From the IMG/VR virus record IMGVR_UViG_3300038425_000083, positions 1 to 64,000 of that record: 64,000 nt of DNA. One strand, 5' to 3'. Below, in pieces: positions 19,281-30,410 of this stretch. The translations under genes were made by a program, and so were the position numbers. Under the pieces are notes generated by a model, which was not told the DNA's origin, did no database searches, and saw nothing but the letters and a program-made list of their open reading frames with translations. Within the stretch, counting starts at the first letter, position 1, and each line of letters opens with the position of its first letter. The DNA comes from a virus.

Positions 19281-19974
19281 AACCAGGCTTGATCTTTTAT
19301 GGAAGAGTCCGCCTATTTACTTAAAGACTAAAGACCCAGTAGTGGTTTTTAGCGATCTTCACATGAATAATCAGGGGAAGACTGATTATTTCTTTCCTAA
19401 CTACCCAAAATATTTGAAGGTTGCTCGGGCTTATGCAGATGGGGGATGGACGATTATTGTGACTGGGGACATGGAAGATATGTGGAAATATCCCAACGTA
19501 AAAATCATCCGAGATAGGTACAAAGAACTTTATGATTTACACAATTGGCTTTTATCACAAGGAAGGTTCTTTAGAATAACTGGGAACCATGATATACAAC
19601 TTGGATACCCCGAGGCGTTGATTCTAGACCATCCAGTTGGAAAGTTTTTCTTTGTTCATGGGTATCAAGGAGATCTTTTTAACGATATGCTCTGGCCGTT
19701 TTGCATGGTGTTTGTAAGGTATATTGCAAAACCGTTAGAAAAATTAGGGATAAAAGATCCCTGGAGTGTAAGCAAGAATCCAAAGAGACATAAAAAAGTT
19801 AGAGATGCTTTGGTCGATTGGGCTAATAATGCTGATTTGTCCATGAGAGGGATGATTGTTGGACACACACATACTCAGGAAATAGTAGGACGCTATTTCA
19901 ATGTAGGATGCGAAATGCACGATAGACTTGAGTGCATAGAGATTAATCAAACAATCCAACTCAAGACGTGGTAG
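19270..19974 (+). CDS. calcineurin-like metallophosphoesterase (LpxH-like family)
   Basis: SDLH, GD, GNHD, HG and GHTH motifs in order. Confidence 0.85.
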   Translation: MDLKTRLDLLWKSPPIYLKTKDPVVVFSDLHMNNQGKTDYFFPNYPKYLKVARAYADGGWTIIVTGDMEDMWKYPNVKIIRDRYKELYDLHNWLLSQGRFFRITGNHDIQLGYPEALILDHPVGKFFFVHGYQGDLFNDMLWPFCMVFVRYIAKPLEKLGIKDPWSVSKNPKRHKKVRDALVDWANNADLSMRGMIVGHTHTQEIVGRYFNVGCEMHDRLECIEINQTIQLKTW

Positions 19975-21225
19975 GAGATGAATAGTATGGGTATGGGAAT
20001 CTTTATTGGAATTTTTGGTTTAGTTGTAGCTCTCATTGTCTGGGGATATATTTGGTAAAGGAGTTGAGTAGGATGAAACTGAAGTACTGGATATGGCTTG
20101 CTGCGATTGTAATTTTAGTTATGGCAGGTTTGGTTTTTAAGAATAAAGAAACAGGTGGAGTGAATGCTCTTTTCTTTTTTGCTTTGCTGTTTTTAGGTTG
20201 GTGCTTCTTGTGGTTTACACGAGCAGGCAGGAGGTAAATTATGTTACGAATCTGGCGTAGTCAGAAAAGGTATCAGAGGTTTAATCCGTTTACACTCATT
20301 ATGGTGCTGATAGTTATTGCAGTCACGTATCTCTTATCAAGGTAGGAGGTGAGTTTATGATTCCTTACATAGTGGTAGGACTTTTAGTGATAGGTGTAAT
20401 TTGGAGAAATTGGTAATGATAGAAGGCTTAACATCATTGGAGAATACTATCTTTTCTTTATGTCTTTCTGTGTATAACGAAGCGGTCGCTGAAGAACATT
20501 TAGGTCCCCCTGTTAGATTGAAGAAAGCTATCGGTGAATTGAAAAGACATATCATATCTCAGACTTACAAAACACCGTGGCAAAAGGATAATAGCGATGG
20601 AACTCGATCCTAATAAATTTAAAGTTGATGAGAGCAGATCAAACCCGATGGTTGCAGCCATGCAGTATTTAGATTGTCCAAGTGGAAGGGAAATTTGCGC
20701 TTACGTGATTGTTGGTTTTGGAAGTATTGCAGAGCAATGCGAATACTTTAAGTCTGACCCTAAAACAGAACAAGCAGAATGTTTGTTTGAAAAGAAAGAT
20801 TAGCCAATGAATCCTCTTATATTTTTGAAAATGCCTGAACGTTGTCCGAACGGAAAGTTTGATACCGATGAACAATGTTGGGAATGTGGATTTGTTGAAT
20901 ATGTAGGTGGAGAAAAGAACTATTACAAGTGTCCTTATACTCAAGTTATTTTTGTTAAGGGAGGGTGAAATGGATAATGAAAATGCTCGTGAAGCATGGC
21001 TATTGCAGATAGAAAGAACTAAAAATGGTTATATACTTTTAGGGAATGATGGCCTGAGTGTTATTGAAGAAGATGATCAAGATGAACTTAAAGAACACGA
21101 GAAACTACTTTGGGCAGTCATGGAATATTTTGGTTTTCAAGGAAGCAAACATGACAAGCAACGTTTACGAGTCATGCGAGAACAACAAGAGATTGGAATA
21201 GGAGACCAGACAATTAGGAGGGATA

Positions 21226-21666
21226 ATGAAAGTTCAGGATGTAATTAGCATCGGTGATCTTTATAAGGCCGTAGGTCATAAATATTTTAGCAAGAAACCA
21301 ATCGGAGGAGGAAAATACAGATACAAGTATGTTTACCCTGAAGTTGTTTCAGGCAAGGAAGTCCTGGCTGCAGGTGAAGGCAAACCATCCCAGGCAGCTT
21401 TAACAAAGGTTAGAGAAGAAAAGAAAGTAGAGAAGACTTTGTGGGATCACTTAAACAGAGCAAAGACAGAAATCAAAGAAAAGTTTGGAAAGTTTGATAT
21501 AGAACCGAGTCATGGAGGCCATGCTGTCATCCTAAAGTTTAAAGACGGAGCCAAGGCTTTAGCCCATATGTCAGGGCGAACTAAAGATGATAAGCTTTTG
21601 ATTGATACCGAGTGGCGAAGCGAACCTTATGTTCCAAAGCAACCCACATTTTATGTGAAAGAATAA
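21226..21666 (+). CDS. tagged protein (HKY...G.G.Y.Y.Y tag)
   Basis: VISIGDLYK-AVGHKYFSKKPIGGGKYRYKYVY; SD AGGAGG. Confidence 0.6.
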   Translation: MKVQDVISIGDLYKAVGHKYFSKKPIGGGKYRYKYVYPEVVSGKEVLAAGEGKPSQAALTKVREEKKVEKTLWDHLNRAKTEIKEKFGKFDIEPSHGGHAVILKFKDGAKALAHMSGRTKDDKLLIDTEWRSEPYVPKQPTFYVKE

Positions 21667-21668
21667 AT

Positions 21669-22127
21669 ATGACAAAATATAATAGTCTGGGAAAATTTGG
21701 AAAAGATTATTCTAATAAACGTTATAATGATAGAAAAGATGACCCTGAGTTCAAAGAACTTAAAAGTAATCAATCAAAGAGATTTTATAAAAAGCACACT
21801 ACTCGAGTTCTTGAAAAATGTAAAAAACGGAGAGATGATTTAAGAGACCAGGTTTTAAAGGCCTTTGGCCCATGGTGTGCAAATCTTTGGAATTGTCCGA
21901 TTCCGAGTGAAAAATTGGATGTGCGAAGCTTGCAAATAGATCATATCAATAATGATGGTTATGAAGATAGAAAAAAGTATAAAGGTAGAGGAGCAGCATA
22001 TTATAAAAAAGTTTTAGCTCATCAAGAGGATTATCAACTTCTGTGTCCTTACTGTAATTGGATGAAGTTTATTAAACAGGATAAAACTAAGGCTGGAAAG
22101 AAGTCTTGGGTTCTGAGGAGAAAATGA
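21669..22127 (+). CDS. HNH endonuclease
   Basis: C...C...LQIDHINNDG...YQLLCPYCNW. Confidence 0.75.
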   Translation: MTKYNSLGKFGKDYSNKRYNDRKDDPEFKELKSNQSKRFYKKHTTRVLEKCKKRRDDLRDQVLKAFGPWCANLWNCPIPSEKLDVRSLQIDHINNDGYEDRKKYKGRGAAYYKKVLAHQEDYQLLCPYCNWMKFIKQDKTKAGKKSWVLRRK

Positions 22128-22336
22128 AAGCAGTAATTCAAACCATTGACGAGTTTATAAAATCAAGAACTAAAGGTGCTAAAGACAAATTTAAAAGAAG
22201 ACATAAGCCTAGTCCACCTGTTAATCTTGGTGAAAAGATAACAGCTTCTTTAGGCCAACAGATAAAAGAGCTCGAAACTCTGCAAGAGCGGAACAGAAGA
22301 TTAGATAAACTCTTATCAGAGCAGGATAAAGAGTAA
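22124..22336 (+). CDS. small tagged protein
   Basis: VIQTIDEFIK-SRTKGAKDKFKRR; SD GAGGAG. Confidence 0.6.
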   Translation: MKAVIQTIDEFIKSRTKGAKDKFKRRHKPSPPVNLGEKITASLGQQIKELETLQERNRRLDKLLSEQDKE

Positions 22337-22353
22337 AAGAAAGAGGCGTCAGC

Positions 22354-23238
22354 ATGAAAGACAAAATGCGTAAGAAAGTTAAAAACACAAAAGCCTGGAA
22401 AGTACGGCATGTGATTGCTGTTAAGGAAGAGGCTAAGACAAAAAAAGACATGATTGAAAAGGGAGTCAGTATGAAAGTTCAAGTTATTAGTTTAGATGAG
22501 GAGTTTGAAAAATCAACCGAGTCTGCCAAGAAAGCTTGGAAGAAAAGAAAACATGGGAAAGCATTCCAGTTCGGAGAAGGACGTGGTTATGTAGGAGGCC
22601 CGCCAGAGGGAGATCCATTTCCTCATAAGAGATCGTTAGGCTGGAAGAAATGGATAGAGAGAAATCCGGACTGGATTAAAGAGCATCCAAAATGGAAACC
22701 CCCAAAAGTGACAGGTATAACTTTTAGGAGACCAGGCTCAAAACTAAAGAAAGCCGAAGGACAAGTTGTTATTCCGGCTCACATGGCAACCGTCCATGGT
22801 AAGAAAGTTATGGTTCAGCAATCAATACCTTTCATGGCTCCTGGAAGACACGGAGATTATACCAAGAAAGTTCACACAACGGAGAGGGAAGAAGGGGGTA
22901 AAACTCATATCAAATATCATACAACTGATGTAGTGTCTTTTGATTCCAATGAGATAACCTTAAGAGATGGTGGATGGATGACAAGTTCCACAAAGAAGAG
23001 AATTAACCAAGCTTCAACAGAGCATGGACTTGGCATTAGCATCTTTCAGCATAAGAATGATTGGTTTGTTGCATACAAAGGAAAGACTATTCCTTTCAGA
23101 GACGAAATGACAATCAATCGTGAAAGAGGAGATACTCATTATGACAAATGGTTTGATATGACAGAGAAGGAAAAGAAAACTCTGGCAAGTTATGAAAAAC
23201 GGTATCATCGAGCGGAAGAGATGGCAGGCCGCAAATAG
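22354..23238 (+). CDS. tagged protein (possible internal start at 22471)
   Basis: VISLDEEFEK-STESAKKAW, an LKK-A junction, and a C-terminal YHTTDVV...GGWMTSSTKKRINQ domain. Confidence 0.6.
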   Translation: MKDKMRKKVKNTKAWKVRHVIAVKEEAKTKKDMIEKGVSMKVQVISLDEEFEKSTESAKKAWKKRKHGKAFQFGEGRGYVGGPPEGDPFPHKRSLGWKKWIERNPDWIKEHPKWKPPKVTGITFRRPGSKLKKAEGQVVIPAHMATVHGKKVMVQQSIPFMAPGRHGDYTKKVHTTEREEGGKTHIKYHTTDVVSFDSNEITLRDGGWMTSSTKKRINQASTEHGLGISIFQHKNDWFVAYKGKTIPFRDEMTINRERGDTHYDKWFDMTEKEKKTLASYEKRYHRAEEMAGRK

Positions 23239-23239
23239 C

Positions 23240-26200
23240 ATGGAACAGATACAAGCTGTAAAGAAAACAATTTATGGGACTCCTGTTTACTTTGTTAAAT
23301 CCTCTGAAGGATCAAAGAAGGCATGGGAAACAAGAAGATATGGCGGAAGTCGCAAAGACCTTACTAAGATAAAGCAAGATCATGAAGACCTAAAGAACAA
23401 ATACAAAGACCTTATAGAATGGAGTAGAACAGACTCATGGGAGAGGCCAGAGTTCTCTGGTTCGCCCGAGACCGTAAAGAAGTTCATAGCAGACGTTCAA
23501 ACTCATCATACGAAGATGGTCGATGCTTTTGGAAAGAACAAAACGAACATAGGTATCGAGGAGGATTTAGGAAGAGCAACCAAGAACCCTAATGTTCAAG
23601 GATCGTTTGGTAATGCTTTAAGTGCTCTTTATGGGATGGAAGATAAGATAAGATGGCTTAACCGCTATCTCCCAAAGGAACAAGAGAAAGGGTGGAAAGG
23701 CAAGGAAAGATCAGAGGCAAGCTGGAAGGAGCTCATGTCAAAGTCATCTGAAGGAGCAAAGAAAGCATGGCTAACAAGAAAATATGGCGGAAGTCACGCA
23801 GCATTAGAAGACAAGAAGTCTAGAGAATCTTTCAAGAAAGAGTTTTCGCTCAGTGATGTTGAAGGCGGTTCTAAAGATGATGTTCAGAGGCTTCACGAAT
23901 CTTTAAAAAAGATAAATGAAAAAATACAGATTGATGGGAGAGGTAAACTATCCTTCAGTATTAAAGCCCCTCTTCAAAAGACTTGGTTCGGAGATTTCGA
24001 TGAGGGAAATGATACCATAGAGATACATCCGAAACATCTTGAGAAAGTTGAACATGAGTATCTTCATTTTGTTTTTAAATACAGATTTGGAAATCCTATG
24101 AGAATAGGCCCAGATCATTACGATAAGTTTGGAAGTAAAAGATTTAGTATTCTTGACCAAAAAGAAATACCCGATTATGAATCGTTTAAAAAGGTAAAGT
24201 CAAAAGGATCATACGAGGATTATCATAAATTTGCAAGGGCGTTCGGTCGAAAATTATTTAAAAAGATAACTCCTGAAGGTTTAGAAGATTCATTTGATGC
24301 ATTTATTAAAAAGGTTGCAGATAATAAATCTTTAGATGGGGGGAAGAAAAAAGCGTTTACAGAACTTCTTCAAATATATAGGAACTTTTATACGAAACCT
24401 GGTATCTTAAAAAAGATGCAAGATTTGGTAGATCTCCCTGTTTATGCATTAGAACCTACAGAACTCTTTGCGAGAGCTGGGGAACTTTACATGCATGGAA
24501 CAACTTGGTCTTTGGATGTTATCGAAGCTGATCTTACAGGAGAACAGGATTTAAAAGAGGACAAAGCCAAGAACGTAGCTTCAACTAAATTATTTCAAAG
24601 TCAGATTAAAGGGTGGGGAAACAAATATCTTAAAACCGGAGTTATGAGTAAATCTCTTTTTGTTATCTTTGAGAAATCTTCGGAGGGGGCAAAGAAAGCT
24701 TGGTTGACAAGGAAGTTCGGAGGAAGTCACAAAGGAGAAGAGAAGCCAAGTCTTAAGGGTCTTTCTTCTAAAGCTATTTTAGAGATGAGTCCAGAGGATC
24801 GTGAGAAATATCTCAAAGACATGGATTCATGGAATGAAAAGTTTGGCATTCCTAAAAAGATTGAGGTATCCGAAGCCAACATTAACAGATTTGTCGATAA
24901 ACCAGATGAGGCTATAAGAGAGTATAACAGCATCCAGCAGAAGTATGAGATAAAAAAGAAAACAAGTGTTAAGAAAACAAAGAAGTCTAAATCTAAACCT
25001 AAACCATTTAAGATGCAACTGGTCATTCCTCATGAGGAGACTGAAAGGAGAATTCATGAACATCTTCAACAAGCGAAAAGAGAATCGTCAACGACACGTT
25101 ACTTGGAAGGACGTACTCACGATGTGGACATATGGACAAAAGAGGATTTATTGGCTGCAGTGCCTAAGTCTCCAAAAGGTTCTCAATTCTATGCCAAAAC
25201 AAATGTCCAAAACATCAAGCGGGTCTTAGAGTTTAAAAAACCAAATGAAGTAGGTGGGATTCATACAATCGTTGTTCTCGAGAATGGTAAACCAGTTTAT
25301 CAATACATTGATACCACAACAGAGAAGAACTCAAGGAAGAAATTTGTACGATCAAAGAATGTCGAAAAGAATATTGGGGAGATACGAGCCTTCTATAAGA
25401 AAGGAATGGGCAAAACTGGATATGACAAGCAGATGGGTACTATCCTTTCATTGATTGACCTGTATACTATTCGGGTAGGAAGCAAAGCAGATGTTGATGA
25501 AGGTGTGAGGAAAGTTGAAGACTTAAAGAATAGAGCTCTTATTAAAGCGCCAAAAGATATAGCAAGAGTACCATATGGGCTACCATATGATCGAAACACG
25601 GTTTATTACGTTTTTATTAAAGATGGGCAAAGGCTTATCGGCCCATCCGAGAGAATGGATGAGATCAGCGATGAGATCAACGAAGCCAGGAAGATAAAAG
25701 ATAAAGCTAAAGTAGAAACTCTTAAGCAAGAGAAGAAAGACCTTGTTAAACCAATGCCCGAGGATTGGAAGGAAGTTTATAAGTTAGGACACTTTGGAGC
25801 AACCCAGTTAGAGGCCAGGCATGTCAAGATCGAGCCCGAGTATAAAGGAGTTGGAACTAATTTTGGAAGTGTTGTTCACCTTGATTTCATTGGTAAATCT
25901 GGGGTTCATTGGGAGTTCCCAGTTAATGATACTGGAATTGCAGAAGCTTTAGCCGATCTGTCCAAAGGTAAGTCCGGGCGTGATCCTATATTCCCGGATG
26001 TTAAATATCAAAAGGTTACGGGTTTGCTCAAAGATAATTGGAAGTGTCTTGCAAAAGATTTTAGAACTTATCATGCAACAAAAACATTTGCTGAAGCAAC
26101 TAAAGATTTTCCAGTCCCAAAGACAGAGCAGGAACTCAAATCAATAGAAGGTCAGATATTGGAAAGAGTTTCTGGTTTGCTCTGGAACACGAAGGGAATG

Positions 26201-26704
26201 GCTAAGAAGTCTTATATTGACCCTGCTGTCTATGGAGCGTGGAGAGCAGGCTTATTAAAAGTAATGATGGAAGCTGCCCCGATTAAGAAGTCATTGCTTT
26301 TTAATGTGATCTTAGAGAAATCAGTTGAAGGCACAAAGAAAGCATGGCTAACAAGAAAGTATGGAGGTTCCCACAGAGAGCAGAAAAGCTACTATACAAC
26401 TTCTGGTGCTATGACGATGAAGGAGTTTATAGAAACTGAAGTTGAAGATAGAGGGAACTATCCTTTATCTGAGGTTAGAGGCTGGATTAAAAAGTATGGT
26501 ATCAAAAGAGATCAGCAAATTATGTGGGTATCCCCCAAGAAGTGGAGAGCTTATAGCTATACTCTTCCGGCAGAGGAAATGGATTCTGCAAGAGATGTAG
26601 ATGAATCTAAAATGGATGTTACCGAAGTCAAAGGTAAAGAAGGTTTTATAATTCCAGAGTCAGACGATGGAAGCGAAGGTTTTTTATTTGTTTTCAAGAA
26701 TTAA
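23240..26704 (+). CDS. tagged polyprotein with zincin-like (HEYLH) and DNA topoisomerase IB domains
   Basis: Four SEGxKKAW tags. TopIB motifs IRVG, GATQL...HV, FIGKSGV, KDFRTYHAT and NT...KKSYIDP (Tyr codon 26213). HEYLH...ELFARA. Confidence 0.85.
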   Translation: MEQIQAVKKTIYGTPVYFVKSSEGSKKAWETRRYGGSRKDLTKIKQDHEDLKNKYKDLIEWSRTDSWERPEFSGSPETVKKFIADVQTHHTKMVDAFGKNKTNIGIEEDLGRATKNPNVQGSFGNALSALYGMEDKIRWLNRYLPKEQEKGWKGKERSEASWKELMSKSSEGAKKAWLTRKYGGSHAALEDKKSRESFKKEFSLSDVEGGSKDDVQRLHESLKKINEKIQIDGRGKLSFSIKAPLQKTWFGDFDEGNDTIEIHPKHLEKVEHEYLHFVFKYRFGNPMRIGPDHYDKFGSKRFSILDQKEIPDYESFKKVKSKGSYEDYHKFARAFGRKLFKKITPEGLEDSFDAFIKKVADNKSLDGGKKKAFTELLQIYRNFYTKPGILKKMQDLVDLPVYALEPTELFARAGELYMHGTTWSLDVIEADLTGEQDLKEDKAKNVASTKLFQSQIKGWGNKYLKTGVMSKSLFVIFEKSSEGAKKAWLTRKFGGSHKGEEKPSLKGLSSKAILEMSPEDREKYLKDMDSWNEKFGIPKKIEVSEANINRFVDKPDEAIREYNSIQQKYEIKKKTSVKKTKKSKSKPKPFKMQLVIPHEETERRIHEHLQQAKRESSTTRYLEGRTHDVDIWTKEDLLAAVPKSPKGSQFYAKTNVQNIKRVLEFKKPNEVGGIHTIVVLENGKPVYQYIDTTTEKNSRKKFVRSKNVEKNIGEIRAFYKKGMGKTGYDKQMGTILSLIDLYTIRVGSKADVDEGVRKVEDLKNRALIKAPKDIARVPYGLPYDRNTVYYVFIKDGQRLIGPSERMDEISDEINEARKIKDKAKVETLKQEKKDLVKPMPEDWKEVYKLGHFGATQLEARHVKIEPEYKGVGTNFGSVVHLDFIGKSGVHWEFPVNDTGIAEALADLSKGKSGRDPIFPDVKYQKVTGLLKDNWKCLAKDFRTYHATKTFAEATKDFPVPKTEQELKSIEGQILERVSGLLWNTKGMAKKSYIDPAVYGAWRAGLLKVMMEAAPIKKSLLFNVILEKSVEGTKKAWLTRKYGGSHREQKSYYTTSGAMTMKEFIETEVEDRGNYPLSEVRGWIKKYGIKRDQQIMWVSPKKWRAYSYTLPAEEMDSARDVDESKMDVTEVKGKEGFIIPESDDGSEGFLFVFKN

Positions 26705-26918
26705 GATCGACCTACAAAGAAGGTTATATGACCGATAAAGAATTTGGAGAACTATTGGATAAACTTTGGCCGTCAACTGAATTTGACGATGACGAACTAC
26801 TCGATGAATCTTTAGAGGAAGAGGAGGATGACTAATGAACTACTTTATGGGCGGAGCAATAATTTTTCTTTGGCTGCTGATATTCATATATCTTCCATAC
26901 AGAATATAGAGGAATAGA

Positions 26919-27467
26919 GTGTATTACGTCATCTTAGAGAAATCGAGTGAGTCAGCAAAGAAAGCGTGGGAGACCAGGCGAAGAGGTCTTGGCAAACAAA
27001 AGCCTACAAAGAAACAATCTGAGAAGAAATCTGAAGCTGAGTCGCTGGCGAGAGCTAAAAGAATTATAGCAAAATACCCCACATGGGAATCTTATCATGA
27101 ATCCCAGAAGGGCACGAAGTATAAAGATTTCATCGGTAGAACTCAAGTCGTAAGAGATGCTGAACACGACAAACGCAATTCAAGATATATGTGGGAAGCA
27201 GCAAAGCAATGGGTTGATGCAGGTGGAAGCCCGGCAAAGAAATCAGCTATCAAATGGGATAAAACTCTTTCTGTAGCCCCGGGAGGAAAAGGTTATTTCT
27301 ATACAGCAAACACTCCGAGAGGAAGAGTTTGGGTTGTATGGGATAGGGTCAACAAGAAGTGGAAAGTAGATCATGATTCTGGTAAGCCAAGTCATGAATC
27401 TATAAAACACGAACGTTTCAAAACTGCCGAAGAGGGATTGAAGGCCGTGGCTAAGTGGCTTGAATAA
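26919..27467 (+). CDS. tagged protein
   Basis: MYYVILEK-SSESAKKAWETRR. Confidence 0.65.
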   Translation: MYYVILEKSSESAKKAWETRRRGLGKQKPTKKQSEKKSEAESLARAKRIIAKYPTWESYHESQKGTKYKDFIGRTQVVRDAEHDKRNSRYMWEAAKQWVDAGGSPAKKSAIKWDKTLSVAPGGKGYFYTANTPRGRVWVVWDRVNKKWKVDHDSGKPSHESIKHERFKTAEEGLKAVAKWLE

Positions 27468-27479
27468 TCAGGAGGATGT

Positions 27480-28025
27480 ATGATGAAGATTGAAGTCTTG
27501 ATTCCGTTAATTGCAGCTTGTATAGCGTTTATCGGTTTGATCTATACTTATTTTTGGCCTTTCTCAGAAATAAAGAAAGAACTCGGAGAAATTTTAGGTC
27601 AATTAAAGAACGTAGACTTTAAAGAGATAAGCGAGTTTGTAGGAAAATTCAAGCTCATAAACTTCGAAGATATCTTTCATAGATTAGTTGGCATAGAGAC
27701 AAGAAGTACGGCCATAGAAACAAGATTGGGAAGCGTAGATATCCCAGACATGGCTGCAAAGATGGCTATCTTTTGGTTAGCGATAGAGCCCTCCATCAAA
27801 TCTATTATTAAGCAGCCTATCCATTTAAGGAAGGATGACTTGGTAGACAGATTTCCAAGTTTAACGGATGAAGAGCTTTGTGAGTTGAAAGATATATTAC
27901 AGGCAGAGATGCAAGAATTTTCAACAAAGAAATCGGACCCAGTAGCACTTTCAAAAACTCTTGCATATGCTTTGATGATGGCAAGAGTAGATACTGTTCT
28001 TTACGAGAATGGCAAAAAATGTTAG
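27480..28025 (+). CDS. membrane-anchored coiled-coil protein
   Basis: N-terminal TM helix; SD AGGAGG. Confidence 0.6.
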   Translation: MMKIEVLIPLIAACIAFIGLIYTYFWPFSEIKKELGEILGQLKNVDFKEISEFVGKFKLINFEDIFHRLVGIETRSTAIETRLGSVDIPDMAAKMAIFWLAIEPSIKSIIKQPIHLRKDDLVDRFPSLTDEELCELKDILQAEMQEFSTKKSDPVALSKTLAYALMMARVDTVLYENGKKC

Positions 28026-28033
28026 GAGATGCT

Positions 28034-28609
28034 ATGGATTTTTTAAAAGAGATAGAATTTTGGCTATCTATATTTGCATTCTTTGGTCAAATTGGTGTTT
28101 TGTTTCTGGTTAGGAGAATGATTAGATTCGCTGCAAAGTATGGAAAGCCTTGGGCGTTTGCTTTCAAAGTCTTCTTTGCAGCTATGTCAATTTGTCTACT
28201 AAGACGAGTAGCTATATTACTATGGACTTTAGGAGTAGATGGAGGTTTTAAGGAAGCAATCATTTGGTACGATCGGTATATTTCAAATCCTATTCTAACC
28301 TGTTTGTATTTACTTTTTCTTATCCTCTTGGTTAGATGGTGGAAATTCTTTTTTGGTAGTTTAGTTGGGTTGATTACAGGTCGTGAAAATAATGTTGGAA
28401 AGAGGGAAGAGGTTGCTAAGAACAGAGAAGATACAGTTACTAAACGTGAAGATGTAGTCCGACTGCGAGAGATTAAACTTGTAGAGGGTGAAAAACTTAT
28501 TGTCATAGAACTCAAAAATGCTGAAATCGAAAAGCCCAAAATAGTTGTAATTGAAGGGCAGACGTTATCAGTAAGAGGCGCTGGAAAGATTTTAATTGAA
28601 AAGGAGTAA
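28034..28609 (+). CDS. multi-pass membrane protein with 7-residue RE repeats
   Basis: About three TM segments, then REN....KREE....NRED....KRED....LRE. Confidence 0.6.
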   Translation: MDFLKEIEFWLSIFAFFGQIGVLFLVRRMIRFAAKYGKPWAFAFKVFFAAMSICLLRRVAILLWTLGVDGGFKEAIIWYDRYISNPILTCLYLLFLILLVRWWKFFFGSLVGLITGRENNVGKREEVAKNREDTVTKREDVVRLREIKLVEGEKLIVIELKNAEIEKPKIVVIEGQTLSVRGAGKILIEKE

Positions 28610-28946
28610 GATCGTGTTATTTTGGATAAACATAATACTTGGATTAGGATCTATTGTTGCTCAATCGCTTGTTGTTTATTATGGCTTGCGACTTTTTAAA
28701 GTTGTTGGGCACACAGAGCATTGGTCTTTGGGATGGAAATTTTATCTTGCAGCCAATGGTGTTATACTTTTACGAAGAGTCATTAATTTTGCAACTTTGG
28801 TGTTAGTCACATGCGAATACAAACTATTGAAATACATAATGACTGAAGAAGTTTTAGCTATTGTTATAAGTGTTCTCCTCCTTTTGTTCGGAAGAGAATT
28901 GTCTAAACTTTTTTCCAAATATGTTTTTAAATCAAATGGGTGCTAA
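28596..28946 (+). CDS. three-TM membrane protein
   Basis: Three hydrophobic helices, layout similar to the upstream gene. Confidence 0.55.
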   Translation: MKRSKIVLFWINIILGLGSIVAQSLVVYYGLRLFKVVGHTEHWSLGWKFYLAANGVILLRRVINFATLVLVTCEYKLLKYIMTEEVLAIVISVLLLLFGRELSKLFSKYVFKSNGC

Positions 28947-30027
28947 AAGTAAAGAGAGATCAATGTGTTTAATGTAAGTGAAAGGCAAATTCAGATTGAA
29001 GAAAGAGAGTTGCAAACAATGGAAACTGAACAACTAACAAAATGGACATTGGAAGTCACAAAGGACGGAATTGGTTTGAAGATGAAAGGTGGATATTTGT
29101 GTAAAGAAGATGCTTTATCTTTAGCGTCTGCTTTAACCAGGTCTGTTGATCTCTTCAAGCAATTGGCTTTAGGAGCTTCAGAACCGATAATGACTTTGGC
29201 TGATCGGCAATTTCAAGCAAGATGCGATGGAATCCCGGGGTTGATAATAAAGAAGAAGTGGATCCCAAGTCGTAAGAAAAAGAAGAGGGGATAGTATGGA
29301 AGCACAATGTACTAAACCAACTCCTGGTTTCATATGTCATAAAGAAGGGGGCTATGATAAGAAACATTATCAATGTAAGCCTTGCCGTTTTAATTCAGTA
29401 GCAGAGTATAAAAAAGAATTAGACAGAAAGAGGGCTGAAAATGAAAATTAAAAACTTGGAAGAATGGCTAAGGCAATTTCCAGGTGATTGTGATATCTCT
29501 GGAAAGATTCTTGTGAAGACATCGGATGAGATATTCTGTTCTTGGGAAGAGTCATATGAAGAGATGATTGAAAAATGCAAACTAAAAGCGAAATAAAAAT
29601 AAAACTAAGAGACTGGATGACAGCCTCAAGTCAACTATTGAAAGTGGCTGCTCCGGATAAGATAGGGGTTAGCGACATATCTTTTATGTTTCGAGCTCAG
29701 TACGGAATTAAGATGACGGACAAATGGGTGGAACGTGCTCTATATGGTATCAAGAAGAAACCTTGATGTTATGTTAGGTCACTTATGCCTTGAACAAATG
29801 GCTTTAGCGTCCGATCTTAAAACAGAGTATCTAAAGCTTTATGAAAAACATCTTAGAAAATTGGGCAAGACCGATGAAGGAATATTCAAAGCAAAGCTCA
29901 AACTTTTAAAGTTAGTTGCGGATGCAGATTGGGCGAAAATTGAATGACAATTTCCGCCTATTTATAAACAATAATGTTTTTAATTGTTTACACAGAAAAG
30001 TGTACCAAAAGGTACAGGGAGGAAAAC

Positions 30028-30408
30028 ATGAGCGATGAAATCTTATCCAAGGACCAATGGCTTGACAGTTTAAATGTAAAAGAGTGGACTGATTACAAGA
30101 GAGTGACAGACAGATATAATAAATTTAAGCCTCCTTCTAAACCGACACAAGAGGAGATTGATGAACGGCTAAGAAAAGCTTTTGAAGCATTAGATAATTT
30201 ATCAAAACCCGCTCCTTCTCCAAGAGATGTTCTTCCGTCAAGACCATCTCCATTTCGACCAGGCCACGAACCGGGAAGAGATGCTCGAGAAACAGAAGCC
30301 ATAGAGAAGATGATTGAAAAGATTCTTAGTGGAGATAAAGATCAACGACCAAAAGAAGTTGAAAAGCCAAAAGAAGAAAAGCCAAGACCACGGAGAGTTA
30401 TAAGATAA
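30028..30408 (+). CDS. Pro-rich protein ending in RRVIR
   Basis: SD GGGAGG; C-terminal RPRRVIR then stop. Confidence 0.6.
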   Translation: MSDEILSKDQWLDSLNVKEWTDYKRVTDRYNKFKPPSKPTQEEIDERLRKAFEALDNLSKPAPSPRDVLPSRPSPFRPGHEPGRDARETEAIEKMIEKILSGDKDQRPKEVEKPKEEKPRPRRVIR

Positions 30409-30410
30409 GT

